Assembly (NCBI RefSeq): GCF_009834535.1
Contig: NC_045696.1
Span: 101,744,001 to 101,808,000, forward strand
Origin: Camelus ferus
Lineage: Eukaryota
Direction of reading: 5' to 3'
DNA: 64,000 bases
Under the pieces are notes generated by a model, which saw only the letters and a program-made list of their open reading frames with translations, had not been told where the DNA came from and searched no databases. A program made the translations under genes and the position numbers. Below are positions 26,847 to 40,288 of this stretch, piece by piece (position 1 is the stretch's first letter; each line of letters begins with the position of its first letter).

Positions 26847-27018
26847 TTTTTTTAAATCAATTGCATTTTATTTGGATATATTCTTGATATATTTATAACA
26901 TTCTTAGTTGGATTTTAGAAGTCCAAATTCATAAATGTTAAGATAATATTTATCTGCATCCAAAGGCTTCTGAAAAATGGCTGTGTTTATTAGAATCTTT
27001 ATTAAACTAAGGATATCA
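26847..27018 (+). repeat. 172-bp exact direct repeat, copy 2
   Basis: Identical by eye to 25622-25793. Confidence 0.95.
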
Positions 27019-28665
27019 GTAATATATGTGAAGTATTTTTGAACTTTTATTCCAGGCAAAGCCTGAGAAGCCTATATATCCATGCTTTGTTGTTTGATAA
27101 TCACATGGGTTACAACACATGACACATTCCTTTGATAACCCTGGAGCAAAACTGAAGACTTTGACTGGGTCAACCTGATCCTAATTGAGAGATTTGGTTT
27201 TATATATTGTAAACTTGATATAACAATGTAAGTTATAAGATATTGAGTTCTTAAGGGGATGTTATATACTGTAAAATAAAAAAGAATTTGTAGCTCAGAA
27301 GAGGAAGCAAAATAAATTTAAATACTTAAAAGATCAGGAGATGATTTACCACAGTTTAAAATATATATAACTAAATACATAAAAATGTATATATAGAGAT
27401 TCTGATATTCTAGAAATTCAGTAATACTTAGTAATATTTTAATATATAGCTTAATTATGTTTTTATTATGGATGATGATATTATAGACAATATACAGAAT
27501 TTTGAAAACTGAGCTATTTGCATTTTATTTTATCTCAAGTAGAGCAGACCTTTCTTTCTCCTAGCCACCACGAAAAGATTAGCAGCTAAAAGGTTCCTGT
27601 TTCAAGAATTTAGATTATCAGCTAATAAAATGCCAAGGCCCTCAAAATGAAAGCTAATGGAAACAACTGGACTAAACTATGCATCACAGAACTTTATAGC
27701 TACACAAAAGCTATATAAGTTCTAGAACAAAGCAATTTGACTGCAAACCCTTTGAGTAATGCAGTTTAAAAACAAAAGGAAATACATAGAAATGTCTGGA
27801 CGTTATTCTAGTAGTTTTATTATTTGTATTAATGTTGTATTTTTACTCTGAAGCTGCAGCTAGTATAGTTAATAATTATGTTGACTGCATTAGGTATCTA
27901 GATTCCTATAAGATATACATAGCATACTATATGTTATAGAGTATGAAAGAAAGGAGGTAACATTTTAAAATCAAGAATTAAAGGAGGAACACTCTATGGA
28001 TAGAATGGGATTGGAAACTACTCATGGGAAATATGCCCATGAGGCAAGATTACCTCATTTCTTTATAAAATTTAAAAAACAAAACCCTCCAAAAAACGTT
28101 TCCTGTCTCTGCAATGTCACTTCTACAACGTACCCTAGCACCGGGTTCTACAGCCACCGATACTGCTTTCCCCAGGTTTCTCGGAAAAATGCCTGATGTC
28201 ATGCCTGCACTGGGAAGTTACAAGGCAAACGAAGATCAACTTATTGACCAAAAAGCAAGACGGCATTCAAAGTTTATGAGAGCATGTCAAAATTACACCA
28301 GAGCCAATTGAAATGGGGCTCCCATTACTCACAAAGCTGTGATAATCTGAGCATCAAAAGGAGACAATTGGCCAAGACTGACTGCCATACTTTAAATTCG
28401 AAAAGCCATAAATCCATAATGATATATGGGGGAAGGGGTGGGAAGGGGAGGCTAACGCAAAATAATCTGAGAACTAAAAAAAATTGATTTCTATTGTTTT
28501 GTATTATATCAAGATGATCTTATTGAATCATTTACTATACCAGTGAAGAATATAGAAACAAATAAATGCAAATACATAAGTTAAAAGGTATTTTCTGATT
28601 CACAGATATGGCCTAAAAGATCCTGAATGACCAGAAGCTCCTGACATTTATTAAAAGAACTTAGA

Positions 28666-29428
28666 TTTTATAAGTTTAATTAGGTGCTATTTGTTTAGTT
28701 TTGTTTTTATTTCTATGCTTGGGTAGATTGCCCTAGCAGAACATTGCTAAGATTTATGTTAGAAAATGTTTTGCCTATGTGTTCTTCTAAGAGGTTTATA
28801 GTGTTTTGCCTTATATTTAAGTTTTTACATGCACCCCAATGTTCATAGCAGCACTATTTACAATAGCCAAGACATAGAAATAACCTAAATACCCATTGAC
28901 AGATGACTGGATAAAGAGATTATGGTATATTTATACAATGGAATACTACTCAGCCATAAAAAAGAATAAAATAATGCCATTTACACCAACATGGATGAAC
29001 CTGGAGATTGTTATTCTAAGTGAAGTAAGCCAGAAATAGAAAGAAAAATACCGTATGACATTACTCATAAGTGGTATCTAAAAAAAAAAAAAAAAAAAAA
29101 AGACACAAATGAACTTATTTACAAAATAGAAACAGACTCACAGACATAGAAAACAAACTTATAGTCACCAGTGGGGTAAGAGGGTGGGAAGGGATAAACT
29201 GGGAGTTCAAGATTAGCAGATATCAACTACTATCTATAAAACAGACAAACAACAAGGTCCTACTGTATAGCACAGGGAACTATATTCAATATCTTGTAAT
29301 AACCTATAATGAAAAAGAACATGAAAACCAATATATGTATGCATATATATGACTGAAACATTATGCTGTATACCAGAAATTGAACATTATAAACTGACTG
29401 TACTACAATAAATAAATTTAAAAAAAAA
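28666..29428 (+). mobile_element. 5'-truncated L1 with 5' inversion (inverted part 28666-28826)
   Basis: 28666-28826 is antisense ORF2 sequence, 28827 onward is sense ORF2 end plus 3' UTR and A tail; flanks aaaagaacttaga / aaaaaaacttaga form a TSD. Confidence 0.9.
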
Positions 29429-29908
29429 CTTAGAAATTGCTCAGCAGCTCAGGTGATAGCACAAGGCTATTTCACTATATTAAAAATTAATATTCTTACT
29501 AACTAGATCAAAAGTAATCAATAATGAGAACAGACGTTGTATATTGTTAGATAAAGTTGGACACAGTGATTTTTTAAATATCCTTAAATTCATTTTAAAA
29601 GTAAACAGGCCTAAGTTTGTCATTTTATCAATAGAATATTTTTTAAATTTATATATTGATTTCTAATCATGCAATCTACTTTTTTTAAAATACAGATGCC
29701 CTTACACAGTCAAAAGACTATTCTACCACTCTTCATGCTGTTAATTATTTGTATTACGTTGGGCAAATCATTCAGATATTAATACATTTATCTATTGTTC
29801 CTTTTCCTCAGAGTATTGTGGTAAAGATCAACCAAGAAAATATATTTTACAGTGCTTCAAAAAGATAAAAACAAAGAAGGCTTCAGTTCTCACCCTTGTT
29901 TTTCCTAC

Positions 29909-30378
29909 TGTGAAGTTAAATTCATATCTTATGGCAAGACAAGAAAAATTTAAATATAAAAAAAAAATCTTCTCTGTCCTTTGGTCTCCTTTCTCCAACC
30001 GCCCCCCAACCCCCGACCCCATGCACTGCATATCCACAGTGTGCAGCAATCAAACCTCCCCCATTGGCAGAAATACCTGTTCAACCATTAAGGGCAACAT
30101 TCTCTGAGAACAAGACAACTCCTTAAAAGATAACATTCCTTCTTGATCTTGTAAGGGTCCACCAAGAGGCTTAGGTCTGGATTGTGTAAATTTTCAATAA
30201 TATGTCATTTAACATACAGTCCTCTGTCTCAAAAAGCTTATATCACTGTGCCTTGACTTCCAATGGGTGAAACAGTTCTTGGAGCTGAGATGCTGTTCTC
30301 AGGTTATAAGCCTCATTTTGGCTAGAATAAAATTTTCCACTTCATTCTTAGATTGACTGATTATTTTTTTCGTTGACA
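29909..30378 (+). mobile_element. ERV1-class solo LTR
   Basis: TG...CA termini, AATAAA near 30326, 4-bp flanks ctac/ttac; same family as 60741-61188. Confidence 0.85.
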
Positions 30379-30469
30379 TTACCAAAGTGCACATGACAGA
30401 AAACATTCACATCCACTATCCACTCCTATGGGAATATTTATATGTTTTTTATGAACACTCACACAACAC

Positions 30470-30675
30470 TTGCTGTGTTCTAGGCTCCAGTCTAAGCAAC
30501 CTGTAAATAAAACTCACTGAATCCACAACTCCCTATGAAGTAGATGTTCTTACAATTTTCATTTTACAGACAAAACTGAGGCACAGAGAGGTGATGTAAC
30601 TTGCCACAAGTCACACACGTAGTTGAGTCACAGAATTAAAATATAAACCTACCGCTACAACTCCTTAACTACCAT
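30470..30675 (-). mobile_element. MIR SINE
   Basis: cattttacaga...aaactgaggcacagagaggtgatgtaacttgccacaagtcacac. Confidence 0.8.
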
Positions 30676-31499
30676 AGGAAGCTGTAGCTAATGAAAATAA
30701 AGTGAATCATGATGCAGTTTCTTTGTTTGCTTTTGAGTTTTTAGCAGTTACATAAAGTCACATGAAAGATGAAGTCAGCTATCTGAAGAACTCAAATTGT
30801 AATTTTACATGAAAAAATAAAAGGGCTAGTTAAAGAAAATTAAATCGTCTTTAAAATCTCAAATTTTCAAAACAATCTACTTCCCTCTCCCCACCCTTGG
30901 GTAATGATACTAAGACAATCACTTGAGAGGCATGTGACATAGGGATAGAAAGGAGTTTCTGGAGTTAGAACAGCTTAGTACTGAAATTCTTGAAGGAGCT
31001 TGTAATTGTTGGTCATGAGTATTGAAGGCTCAAAGAATTATAATATTTATGATTCTCCTCATTCAAGACCTGCTGCCAAATCACTTCCCACAGATTCAAA
31101 AGTATCTCATTTATCTCTTCTACAGGGGAGGAAAAACACAAATGGGCAGAAAGCAGAACGTTACTTCTCAGATGACAACATAAATTTCAGTGTGGTTTTT
31201 TTTTTCTTTCTAATCAGAAAGTGGTAACTTTCACTCACAAAAGAATAAAAGATCCTTCTTCCTAAGCAGAAGTTCTTGTGATTGCTGCTGGTAAGGTATT
31301 TAGTGAAGTTTAATAAGAATGGATTTCCTCTTTAGCTAGAGTTGCCACTGGCAGCAATTCTGTTTTATACATCTTTCAGCAAGGTAATGTTTCAGAAATG
31401 ATGCCTTGATATCTTGTATCCTTTACAGAAACAAAGAGCTTTCAGCACTGCAGCAGACAGGATAATTTCAGTTACTATTATACAGCAATACACAATACT

Positions 31500-32330
31500 C
31501 TTGCTAGTATATGCCTACTATGTGTCAGATCCTGCACTCATCAGGGGAGACCAACATAAGTCCTGGAACACATCCTAAAAGAGGTCCCACAGCAGTGGCG
31601 GAGGCAGTCATAGGAGTAAACACTGACAGAACACTGGGACTTGTGGTCTGATACAGGCATATAAAATGCTGTGGAAATACTACAGATGAACAGCTCCATC
31701 ATCCTGGAGGCAAGCACTGATGAGGTGACCTTTAGTTTTGCCTTGAAGAGCAATGGAATTTTAATAGCTGGAGAAGGGAGGCAGAAGGTGTCCATATGTC
31801 GAGTAGGAACAGCACAAGAAGGGGCATAGAGGGATGAAAGGCAATAATCTGTTTGTGGGACTGCTGATAATTCTTAGTTACTTGAGAACAGCACCCCTGA
31901 GAGAAGGCTGGAGAGGAGAAGAGGCATGACTTGTGAAGAACCCTGGAGGGCATGCTAAGGAGTTTATATTTTATCCCGCAGACAAACAGGAGACATTTTT
32001 TAAGTTTAAAATCAAGCCCTAAATAACACTTCTAAAAAGTTGCAGTTTTGAAAGGTCACTCTTGCTGTAATGTGGAGGTTGGAGTAAAGGGAGAAATTAG
32101 AGGTGGGAACACTGCTAGGGGAGTACTGGGATAATCCTAATGGAAGACGGTAAGAGAGTCACCAAGGAGACCAAGAAGATGCTTTGGGAGCACTTCGTGC
32201 AATAGAATCGATAGGAGTTGCTGATCATTTGGTTAGATGCGACGAGAAAAAGGATGAGTCACAGATTTGTGGTCTAGATCACTGATACCACTAGCTAAAG
32301 TAGGGAGAATAGAAAGAGAGAGAATTAATC
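31500..32330 (-). mobile_element. L2 LINE remnant
   Basis: tgcctactatgtgtcag, catgctaaggagtttatattttatcc, ttttgaaaggtcactcttgctg are typical reverse-strand L2 motifs. Confidence 0.65.
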
Positions 32331-33289
32331 AGAAAGTAAAACTGAAAACATACCTGATGCTCATGTTCTGCAGGAAAAGGACAATGGGGAGTAACTGAAT
32401 CAGAGTCTCTGGCATGGGTGCTTGAATGCAAAGCACAGAGAGTTAGGAGTGGGTAGCAGAATTAGAAGCAGAGAGACACCCAGAATGAAAGTGGTGAGAA
32501 GAAGCTGTATGTCTGTAGAAGTCATGAGGTGGTAGAAGACACAGGGCATCAAAAACCATGCCTCTATGAGGAGAGTGGAGAGAACTCAACTAACAGGCAA
32601 GAGCAACAGAAGCAGAGAAGGTGCCTGATGGGTCACTGTCATGTGGAGCCCCTCCAGAGTAAGCATGCTAGCTCTATGAGTACAGTTTCCAGAGCTGCCC
32701 CGGGTCTCCAGGAGAGCGGGAGGTCAGCTGCCAGATCACTGCCTTGCCCTGTGTACTGACCATATGGTTGTTCCCAGTCCTCCAGGATTGCACAGGGAAC
32801 CCTCTATTCCTCTACCATTTCCCATGTATCCTGACAACAAATCCCTATCACCTGAATCAGCATGAGTTTTTTATTCATTGTACACCGCTTCCTTTTGTCT
32901 TTATGCAAGCTTATTATAGAAAAAAAAACCAGTAAACTATGCTTATTATTGACTTCAAACCCATGGCACTGGATTTTCTTAGCAAATACTTCTAGAGGTT
33001 TGATACAGTAGTATAATTACTCCATTCAAGGACTATATCCTTCCTAGCATTTAATTTCTGAAAAAAAAAACTCATGAATTTGTGTTTGGAATTTCATGAT
33101 CATATGGGTATGATTTTAATACCAATGAAACTTCAATACACAGAAGTTATCCTTCAGACACTATACATGGCTTACCCATGTACGTGTACATCTGCCCATA
33201 AATTCTAATTCCTTTTCTTCTGATGTTAGATCAGAGGTAGCTGTAAGCTCTGAGGTTTTATTTGAATCAAAATCAATAAAGAACTCACT

Positions 33290-33790
33290 ATAGGAAAGTA
33301 GAGGACAGATGATGTGGTTTCTTCAACAAATAAATCACAAGAAAAAAGAGAAATGATACAAAACCCATAGAATAAGAGAGGCTTAAAATCATACTGATCA
33401 CAATGTGTGGACCTGATTTAAATAAGTTAAATAAATTCAAGTAAAACTGTAAATAAATACAAAAAAACTTTGGCATTTATGAGACACTTGGAAACTTGAA
33501 CACTGAATATTGACAGCAAGAAGGAATATTCTTAATTATACTTGTTTCTGATAATGTTTTGTGGTTACACTTAAAAAAAGAATTCTTGTCTTTCAGACAC
33601 ACATACTAGCATCAAGGATTTGCTTCAGATAACATAGGAGGGGGGAGGGGGAAATGGGTGAGGGTATAGATGAAACAAGATTGGTCACAAGATAATTGTT
33701 AAAGCTGGGGATGGAGATTCATAATACTATTATGACTCCCTTTACATATATTTTGAATTTTTTGTAATAAAAACTTCTTAAAAAATCAAT
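33290..33790 (+). mobile_element. Old L1M 3' end
   Basis: ggtttcttcaacaaataaat, atagatgaaacaagattgg, ttttgtaataaaaa. Confidence 0.7.
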
Positions 33791-33949
33791 AAAGACCTTG
33801 AGCATCTGTCCTTTCTGTGACTTGATACAATAACAGAAATGAGATAATTTCATCGTCTTCCAAATGTATGCTTAAGCATATGTATGCATGAAAATATAAT
33901 TGGAAATAAAATGCCAAAATATTAATGGTGACTATATGCAGATGATGTG

Positions 33950-34314
33950 TGTTTTAGACTGAATGTTTGTGTCCCCCTAAAACTTATATATTAAAGCCTA
34001 ATGCCCAATGTGATAATGTTTGGAGATGAGACATGTGGGAGGTGATTAGGTCATACAGGTGGAGCCCTCATGAATGGAATTAGAGCGCTTATAAAAGAGG
34101 CCCCAGAGAGCTCTCTTGCCCCTTCAGCCATGTGAGGTTACAGCGAGAAGGTGGCTGTCTGCATACCATGAAGCAGGTCCTCACCAGACAGAGTCTGCTG
34201 GCACCTTGACCTAGGACTTCTCAGCCTCTGGAACTGTAAAAAATATATTTCAGTTGTTTATAAGCCACCCAGTCAATGGTGTTTTTGTTTCAGCAGCCAG
34301 AATGAACTAAGACT
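33950..34314 (+). mobile_element. MaLR solo LTR (MLT1A/B-like)
   Basis: gactgaatgtttgtgtcccc...ggaggtgattaggtcat...gttgtttataagccacccagtc...ctaagac; same family as the LTRs at 5110 and 7509. Confidence 0.9.
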
Positions 34315-34353
34315 GCATGATTCTGAAAGAACGCTTAAAAACTTTTCTACTAA

Positions 34354-34355
<2 letters not shown>

Positions 34356-34384
<29 letters not shown>
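34356..34384. repeat. (TG)n microsatellite
   Basis: Directly visible. Confidence 0.95.
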
Positions 34385-34386
<2 letters not shown>

Positions 34387-35231
34387 TATTCCCCCCCCAC
34401 AGTGGGTATATATGATGTTGTAAGAGATTTTCTTTTTCATTTTGCACAATATCCATTATGCCTGAGATAATAGCTGAATCACAGTGCTTAAATTGCACTG
34501 CACAAATTGGTGCATTTCCCTGAAGTGAAACACATACATGCTGAGAATTACTGAGCCAATCAGAAACCTGTTCTGATTAGCCAATCAGAAATACTGATAT
34601 TTTCAGCCCAAGTTCTTCCTTATACCCTGAATCTCACATTGATACTGTTCCAACTCTTTCAAATTTGTATTTTCTTCATGATTTACTCTAAATGACCACA
34701 TTCTCAAAAGTCCAATTCTAAAACTTCTTCCCAAATATTTTTCTTCTACATCATATTTCAGATGTCAAATTAATTTTTTTGGCAAGTTGCAATTCCAAAG
34801 ATCTATAACTTTACAAACATTTATTGAGCGTTTATTCGGCTTAAGGCACTGTGCTAAGTACTACAGAAAATAAAAAGATGAACAACCTGTCAGTCCTCTC
34901 TACATATAAAAACTCTTTTATGATATTATATAATAAATATATAATGTTAGATTTTATTTATATTTGTGCATATATATATAAAATATGTGTGTGTGTATAT
35001 ATACGTATATCTTTTGTGAGAATTAAGATAGAGACACAAGCAATCACAAACATAAGGCAAATGGAAAGTGACAAAATAGATATATTAAAATACTGTAGGG
35101 AAAATAAAGGAGGAACAGATTACTTCTGATGAGATGCTCTTGAAAACTTCATGGAATCGGGGCCATTTGATCTGTGTCTTCAAAGGTGGGTGGCATATAA
35201 TAAGCAAAAATTCCCAGGTAACTTTTCCCAT

Positions 35232-36150
35232 TGTCTAGGAAAAACATTCTTGTGTTTTCCTTTGCTCACACACTTACAACACTTCTGACACCAGATGTGT
35301 GGGTTTTCCACACATTAAGCAACTCAGCAACACCAGCTGGGTCCTTATAAGCCAATTCAATTCTGACACTGTCTATCTGAAATTAGCATCAGATCTCACA
35401 AATTAAGGACTCAGTTCCACAAGACTGCCTCCACTTCAGACACTAATTGCAAGTCCCAGATTGTTACCTGTACTTCTGACCCACTGTCTGTAGATCAGGG
35501 TTCTCACTACCCCATCTTGGATTCCATAATTTGTTAGAATAACTCATGGAACTCAGGGATTACTTAACATTTACTGGATTATTATAAAGGATAAAAATGA
35601 ACAGCCAGATGAAGAGACATATAGGGTGCGACCCAGAAGGATCTGCAGTGCAGAAATTCTGTCCTCGTGGAGTTGGGATGTGCCTCCCTTCTGACATGTA
35701 GATGTGCTCACCAACCCAAAAGCTCTTTGATCTCTGTAGTACTGAGCTTTTTTTATGGATGCTTCATCATACAGGCATGATGGAACGTTAACTCAATCTC
35801 CAGCTCCTGTCTCCTTCCCAGAAGGTGGGGGGTGGGGCTAAAAGTTCCAAGCTTCTAATTACTGCTTGGTCTTTTTGGTGACCAGCCCCCATGTAGGAGC
35901 CCACCAAGAGTCATTAGAACAAAGGACTCTCCTATCACCCAAGAAATTCCAAGGGATTTAGGAGTTTTGTATCAGGAACTGATGTCAAAGACCAAAGTGT
36001 AAGAACAAAACATCCTCCTAGTGCTCTTATCACTTAGGAAATTACAAGTGTCTTAGGAGCCCCATGTCAGGAACCACAGGCCGTGTTTTTTGTTTTTTTT
36101 TTTTAAAGAGAGATTTATATTTTTATTATATATTTTTTCTATTACTTCAC
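35232..36150 (-). mobile_element. MER21-like LTR
   Basis: aattcaattctgacact, ctcagttccacaagactgcc, duplicated gaaattccaagggatttaggag / gaaattacaagtgtcttaggag motifs. Confidence 0.8.
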
Positions 36151-37702
36151 ACTCCCTCATCAAGGGAAAAGACAAAAAGAAGCAGTCCAGTGGCATGCAG
36201 CTTTGGATACCATATTGAGACTTTTATACATTTTAATAAAATGCAGCCAAAATATTAAATTTTACTCTGATGCAATTTTTTGGTATCATAATGCTCTCTA
36301 AATGTAATTGTCTAGTTAATGACCACAATCAATACAATTGAAAATTTTACTAAAATGGGCCCCAAGAACCCTTGGGACCCAATGCCCTGGCTGTATCAAC
36401 TGAGTTTTTGCTGAGAGTGTGACTGTGGATAAAACTCTTGGGAATGTCTACATATTTAAGAAGTAGGTAAAATGGATGGTAAAAGTGGATTAACTAAAGG
36501 AATATCCCTCAAACTTCCTTTGAGGTTTTTGCTTTAAAAAACCTCTCTCCCCATCACATGTCCTCTCCCTGGTCCTACACATGCTTTTCCTGGACCTCCC
36601 AGTTCACATTCCTGCATCTGCACTGGGATCTGTATGGCCATTGGGCCTGACTCTGAGCACGCCATATTCTGACACAGTCCAGTAGTAAGCCTCTGTCTCT
36701 AAGCTTGTACAAGAAAGAAATATTCTCCCTCTCAGGACATTATTTTTATGCAATGCCCCTGACAAATATTAGATTAGTAAAATCCCATTACCATACAGCC
36801 CAATGGATAGGCCGGAAAGCATAGTACAAGAACCCATCTTGGGTAGACTGAAAGAATGCTCTCAGGCTGGTCTGACTACATTCGTTGCTCACCAGAAAAC
36901 CCAACTTGGAGCAGAACAGAAAAGCCCAAAGTGATAACTTTATGATCAACAGGTTTCAGGAACAAGCAATTTTACAAAGCAGCCTTAGGCAGCAGTATAT
37001 ACAACTGTGTATAAAAACAATGGGCAGTTTTAAAATAAAACCTAAATGTCAGGCATAAAAATGCATTTTTCTTACTTTACTCTGAAAGAATGCACCAGGG
37101 AGAAATTCAGCAAATAAAACCTGTTGAAAACATGAGCATTCCTGCAGGCTTACTTCCAGTGGGACATTAACACAGGCTTGCGGTAATACTTCTATTAATG
37201 AAGAGAATGTGTTCCAATGACACACTTATATTCATCAGACATTTCATAAGCAAGCCAGAAAAAAATACAAAAGATTGAGGTGTCAGCTTCAGAACTTCAT
37301 GTGGGAGGGTAGAAATATGACAAATAATATAAAAACATGACAAAAGACTAAAGAAAATAGCACCAAATCTGCTGGGAAACATTAAATATGCCTCCTACGA
37401 TTCAGTGTAGAAGTAAATGGTGAGAAATCATGCTAAAGGATTAGAGGAAAGAAACCCAGTATTAAGCCTGTAATTGAGAAAGGTTTGGGGAAAGGTTGAT
37501 TGGAAAAGGTTCACCAGGTGATCTGTTGAAGAGCAGGACAGTGCACCTTTCAGTAAAACCCTGTAACAAAGGACACAGTTTCTAACTCCAGCCACCCCAG
37601 TATGTGCCACTGGTAACCCAGAGGAGTGGAAAGAGAGGGAGAGACTGGGAGGAGTATTCTAGGGGAAAAAAATGGAAGTATCATTCCTCCCCTCCTATTT
37701 GT

Positions 37703-38360
37703 ATTTTTTTTTCATTTTCCCCAGTTTTATTGAGATATAGTTGACATACAGCAGTATGTAAGTTTAAGGTGTACAGCATAATGATTTGACTTACATACAT
37801 CATGGAACGATTGCCACAATGTTTAGGGAGCATCCATCAGCTCATATGGATACAAAAACAAAGAAATCGAAAAAAAAATTTTTCCCGTGATGGGAATTCG
37901 TAGGATTTACTAAGCGTTAAAAACCTTCATTTATAACATAGAGCCGTGTTAATTATATTTACCATGTTGTACATTACATCCCTAGTACCTATCTATCCTG
38001 TAACTGGAAGTTTGTACCTTCTGACTGCCTTCATTCAATTCCCCTTCCCCGCATTCCCCCCACCTCTTGTAACCACAAATCTCATCTCTTTTTCTATGCT
38101 TTTTTATTTTTTAAGTATAAGTGACCTATAACACTATGTTAGTTCCTGTTACTTAATATAGTGATTCAATATTTCTATATATTTCAAAATGATCACCACG
38201 ATATGTCCAGTTGATATGTCACCACACAAAGATCACGCATAGTTATTGACTATATTGCCCACACTGTACACTTCATACCCGTGACTTGTTTATTTTGCAA
38301 CTGGCAGTTTGTACCTTTTAATCAGCTTCAGCTATTTCTTTCCTCCACCTACAACCCCAC
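37703..38360 (-). mobile_element. L1MA9/L1MA10-like 3' end
   Basis: T tail then ccagttttattgagatatagttgacatac...gtaagtttaaggtgtacagc; repeated gtttgtacctt unit. Confidence 0.85.
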
Positions 38361-38694
38361 TCCTATTTTTAATACAAGTTACTCAACTTTACTTTCATAA
38401 CCCAGAGACCTCACAACTTAAGACTGTTACATACCTACTTCCCAAGGTCTGATATTCTTTAAAGAGGGAACTAAATCTTTTCCTTCACAATTTGAATGTA
38501 TATGTATAAAATGCAAGTTCGTAAAACTTAAGTGCTATTGAGGGTAAAATTGTCATTAAATACAAGAGACAAAACAAATGCTCACAAGGGTCAGCAGGGG
38601 ACTTAAATGAGTGAGGCAGCTGAAGAGCGGGAAAAATGGGGTTGGTGTAGAAGGTGCCCCCTGTGTGGAGGGGACAGACATACCCCAGCTTCAA

Positions 38695-38907
38695 CCAAGG
38701 GTGGCTAAGGGAAAGTCTAGATGGTTACAAATGTTGCAAGAGCTTCTTATATTTCAAGAGAGATGCTGAACCATATTTATGTAAAATGTTTGTATTTTTA
38801 AACACTGGTAACTAATTCATTCAAGCCAACAAAACAAAGCACTGTGAGGGCAGACAAAACAGTTTTGACAGCCACACTCAGGATATAGATTGTCATTTTG
38901 TAACTTG
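38695..38907. mobile_element. MER102-like MITE remnant
   Basis: atttcaagagagatg...tttttaaacactggtaactaattca...gggcagacaaaaca. Confidence 0.5.
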
Positions 38908-38929
38908 CACATCAAAAAATATTTAGTCA

Positions 38930-40288
38930 AGAATATACAATGGAATAAAGACAGTCTCTTCAGCAAATGGTGTTGGGAAAACTGGACAGCAGCATGTAAA
39001 ACAATGAAGCTAGAACACTCCCTTACACCATACACAAAAATAAACTCAAAATGGATCAAAGACTTAAACATAAGACAAGATACAATAACCCTCCTAGAGG
39101 AAAACATAGGCAAAACATTATCTGACATACATTTCAAAAATTTTCTCCTAGAAGAAATAAAAGCAAGAATAAACAAATGGGACCTAATGAAACTTACAAG
39201 CTTCTGCACAGCAAAGGAAACTAAGTAAAACAAAAAGACAACCTACAGAATGGGAGAAAATTTTTGCAAGTGAAACCGACAAAGGCTTGATCTCCAGAAT
39301 ATATAAGCAGCTCATATGACTCAATAAGAAAAAAAAAAACAACCCAATCGAAAAATGGGCAGAAGACCTAAACAAGCAATTCTCCAAGGAAGACACACAA
39401 ATGATCAAAAGGCACATGAAAAAATGCTCAATATCACTAATTATCAGGGAAATGCAAATCAAAACTACAATGAGGTATCACCTCACACCAGTCAGAATGG
39501 CCGTCATTCAAAAATCCACAAATGACAAATGCTGGAGAGGCTGTGGAGAAAGGGGAACCCTCCTACACTGCTGGTGGGAATGCAGTTTGGTGCAGCCACT
39601 ATGGAAAACCGTGGAGATTCCTCAAAAGACTAGGAATAGACTTACCGTATGACCCAGGAATCCCACTCCTGGGCTTATATCCAGAATGAACCCTACTTCA
39701 GGATGATACCTGCACCCCAATGTTCATAGCAGCACTATTTACAATAGCCAAGACATGGAAACAGCCTAAATGTCCATCAACAGATGACTGGATAAAGAAG
39801 AGGTGGTATATTTATACAATGGAATACTACTCAGCCATAAAAACCGACAACATAATGCCATTTGCAGCAACATGGATGCTCCTAGAGAATGTCATTCTAA
39901 GTGAAGTAAGCCAGAAAAAGAAAGAAAAATACCTTATGAGATTGCTCATATGTGGAATCTAAAACAAACAAAGAAACAAAGAATCAAACAAACAAAGCAT
40001 AAATACAAAACAGAAACAGACTCATAGACATAGAATACAAACTTGTGGTTGCCAAGGGGGCAGAGGGTGGGAAGGGATAGACGGGATTTCAGAATTGTAG
40101 AATAGATAAACAAGGTTATACTGTATAGCACAGGGAAATATACACAAAATCTTATGGTAGCTCACAGAGAAAAAAATATGACAATGAATATATATATGTT
40201 TCTGTATAACTGAAAAATTGTGCTGAACACTGGAATTTGACACAACATTGTAAAATGATTATAAATCAATAAAAATGTTTAAAAAAAA
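38930..40288 (+). mobile_element. Young 5'-truncated L1 (last third of ORF2 with frameshifts/stops, plus 3' UTR)
   Basis: ORFs 38890, 39401 and 39720 are consecutive ORF2p pieces ([15 protein letters not shown]...; HLTPVRMA...; [11 protein letters not shown]...); ends caataaaaatgtttaaaaaaaa. Confidence 0.97.

Noticed and set aside
25622..27018. 172-bp repeats interpreted as LTRs or as a giant L1 TSD
   Set aside because: No TG...CA termini, PBS, PPT or outer TSD; no poly(A)/poly(T) next to either copy
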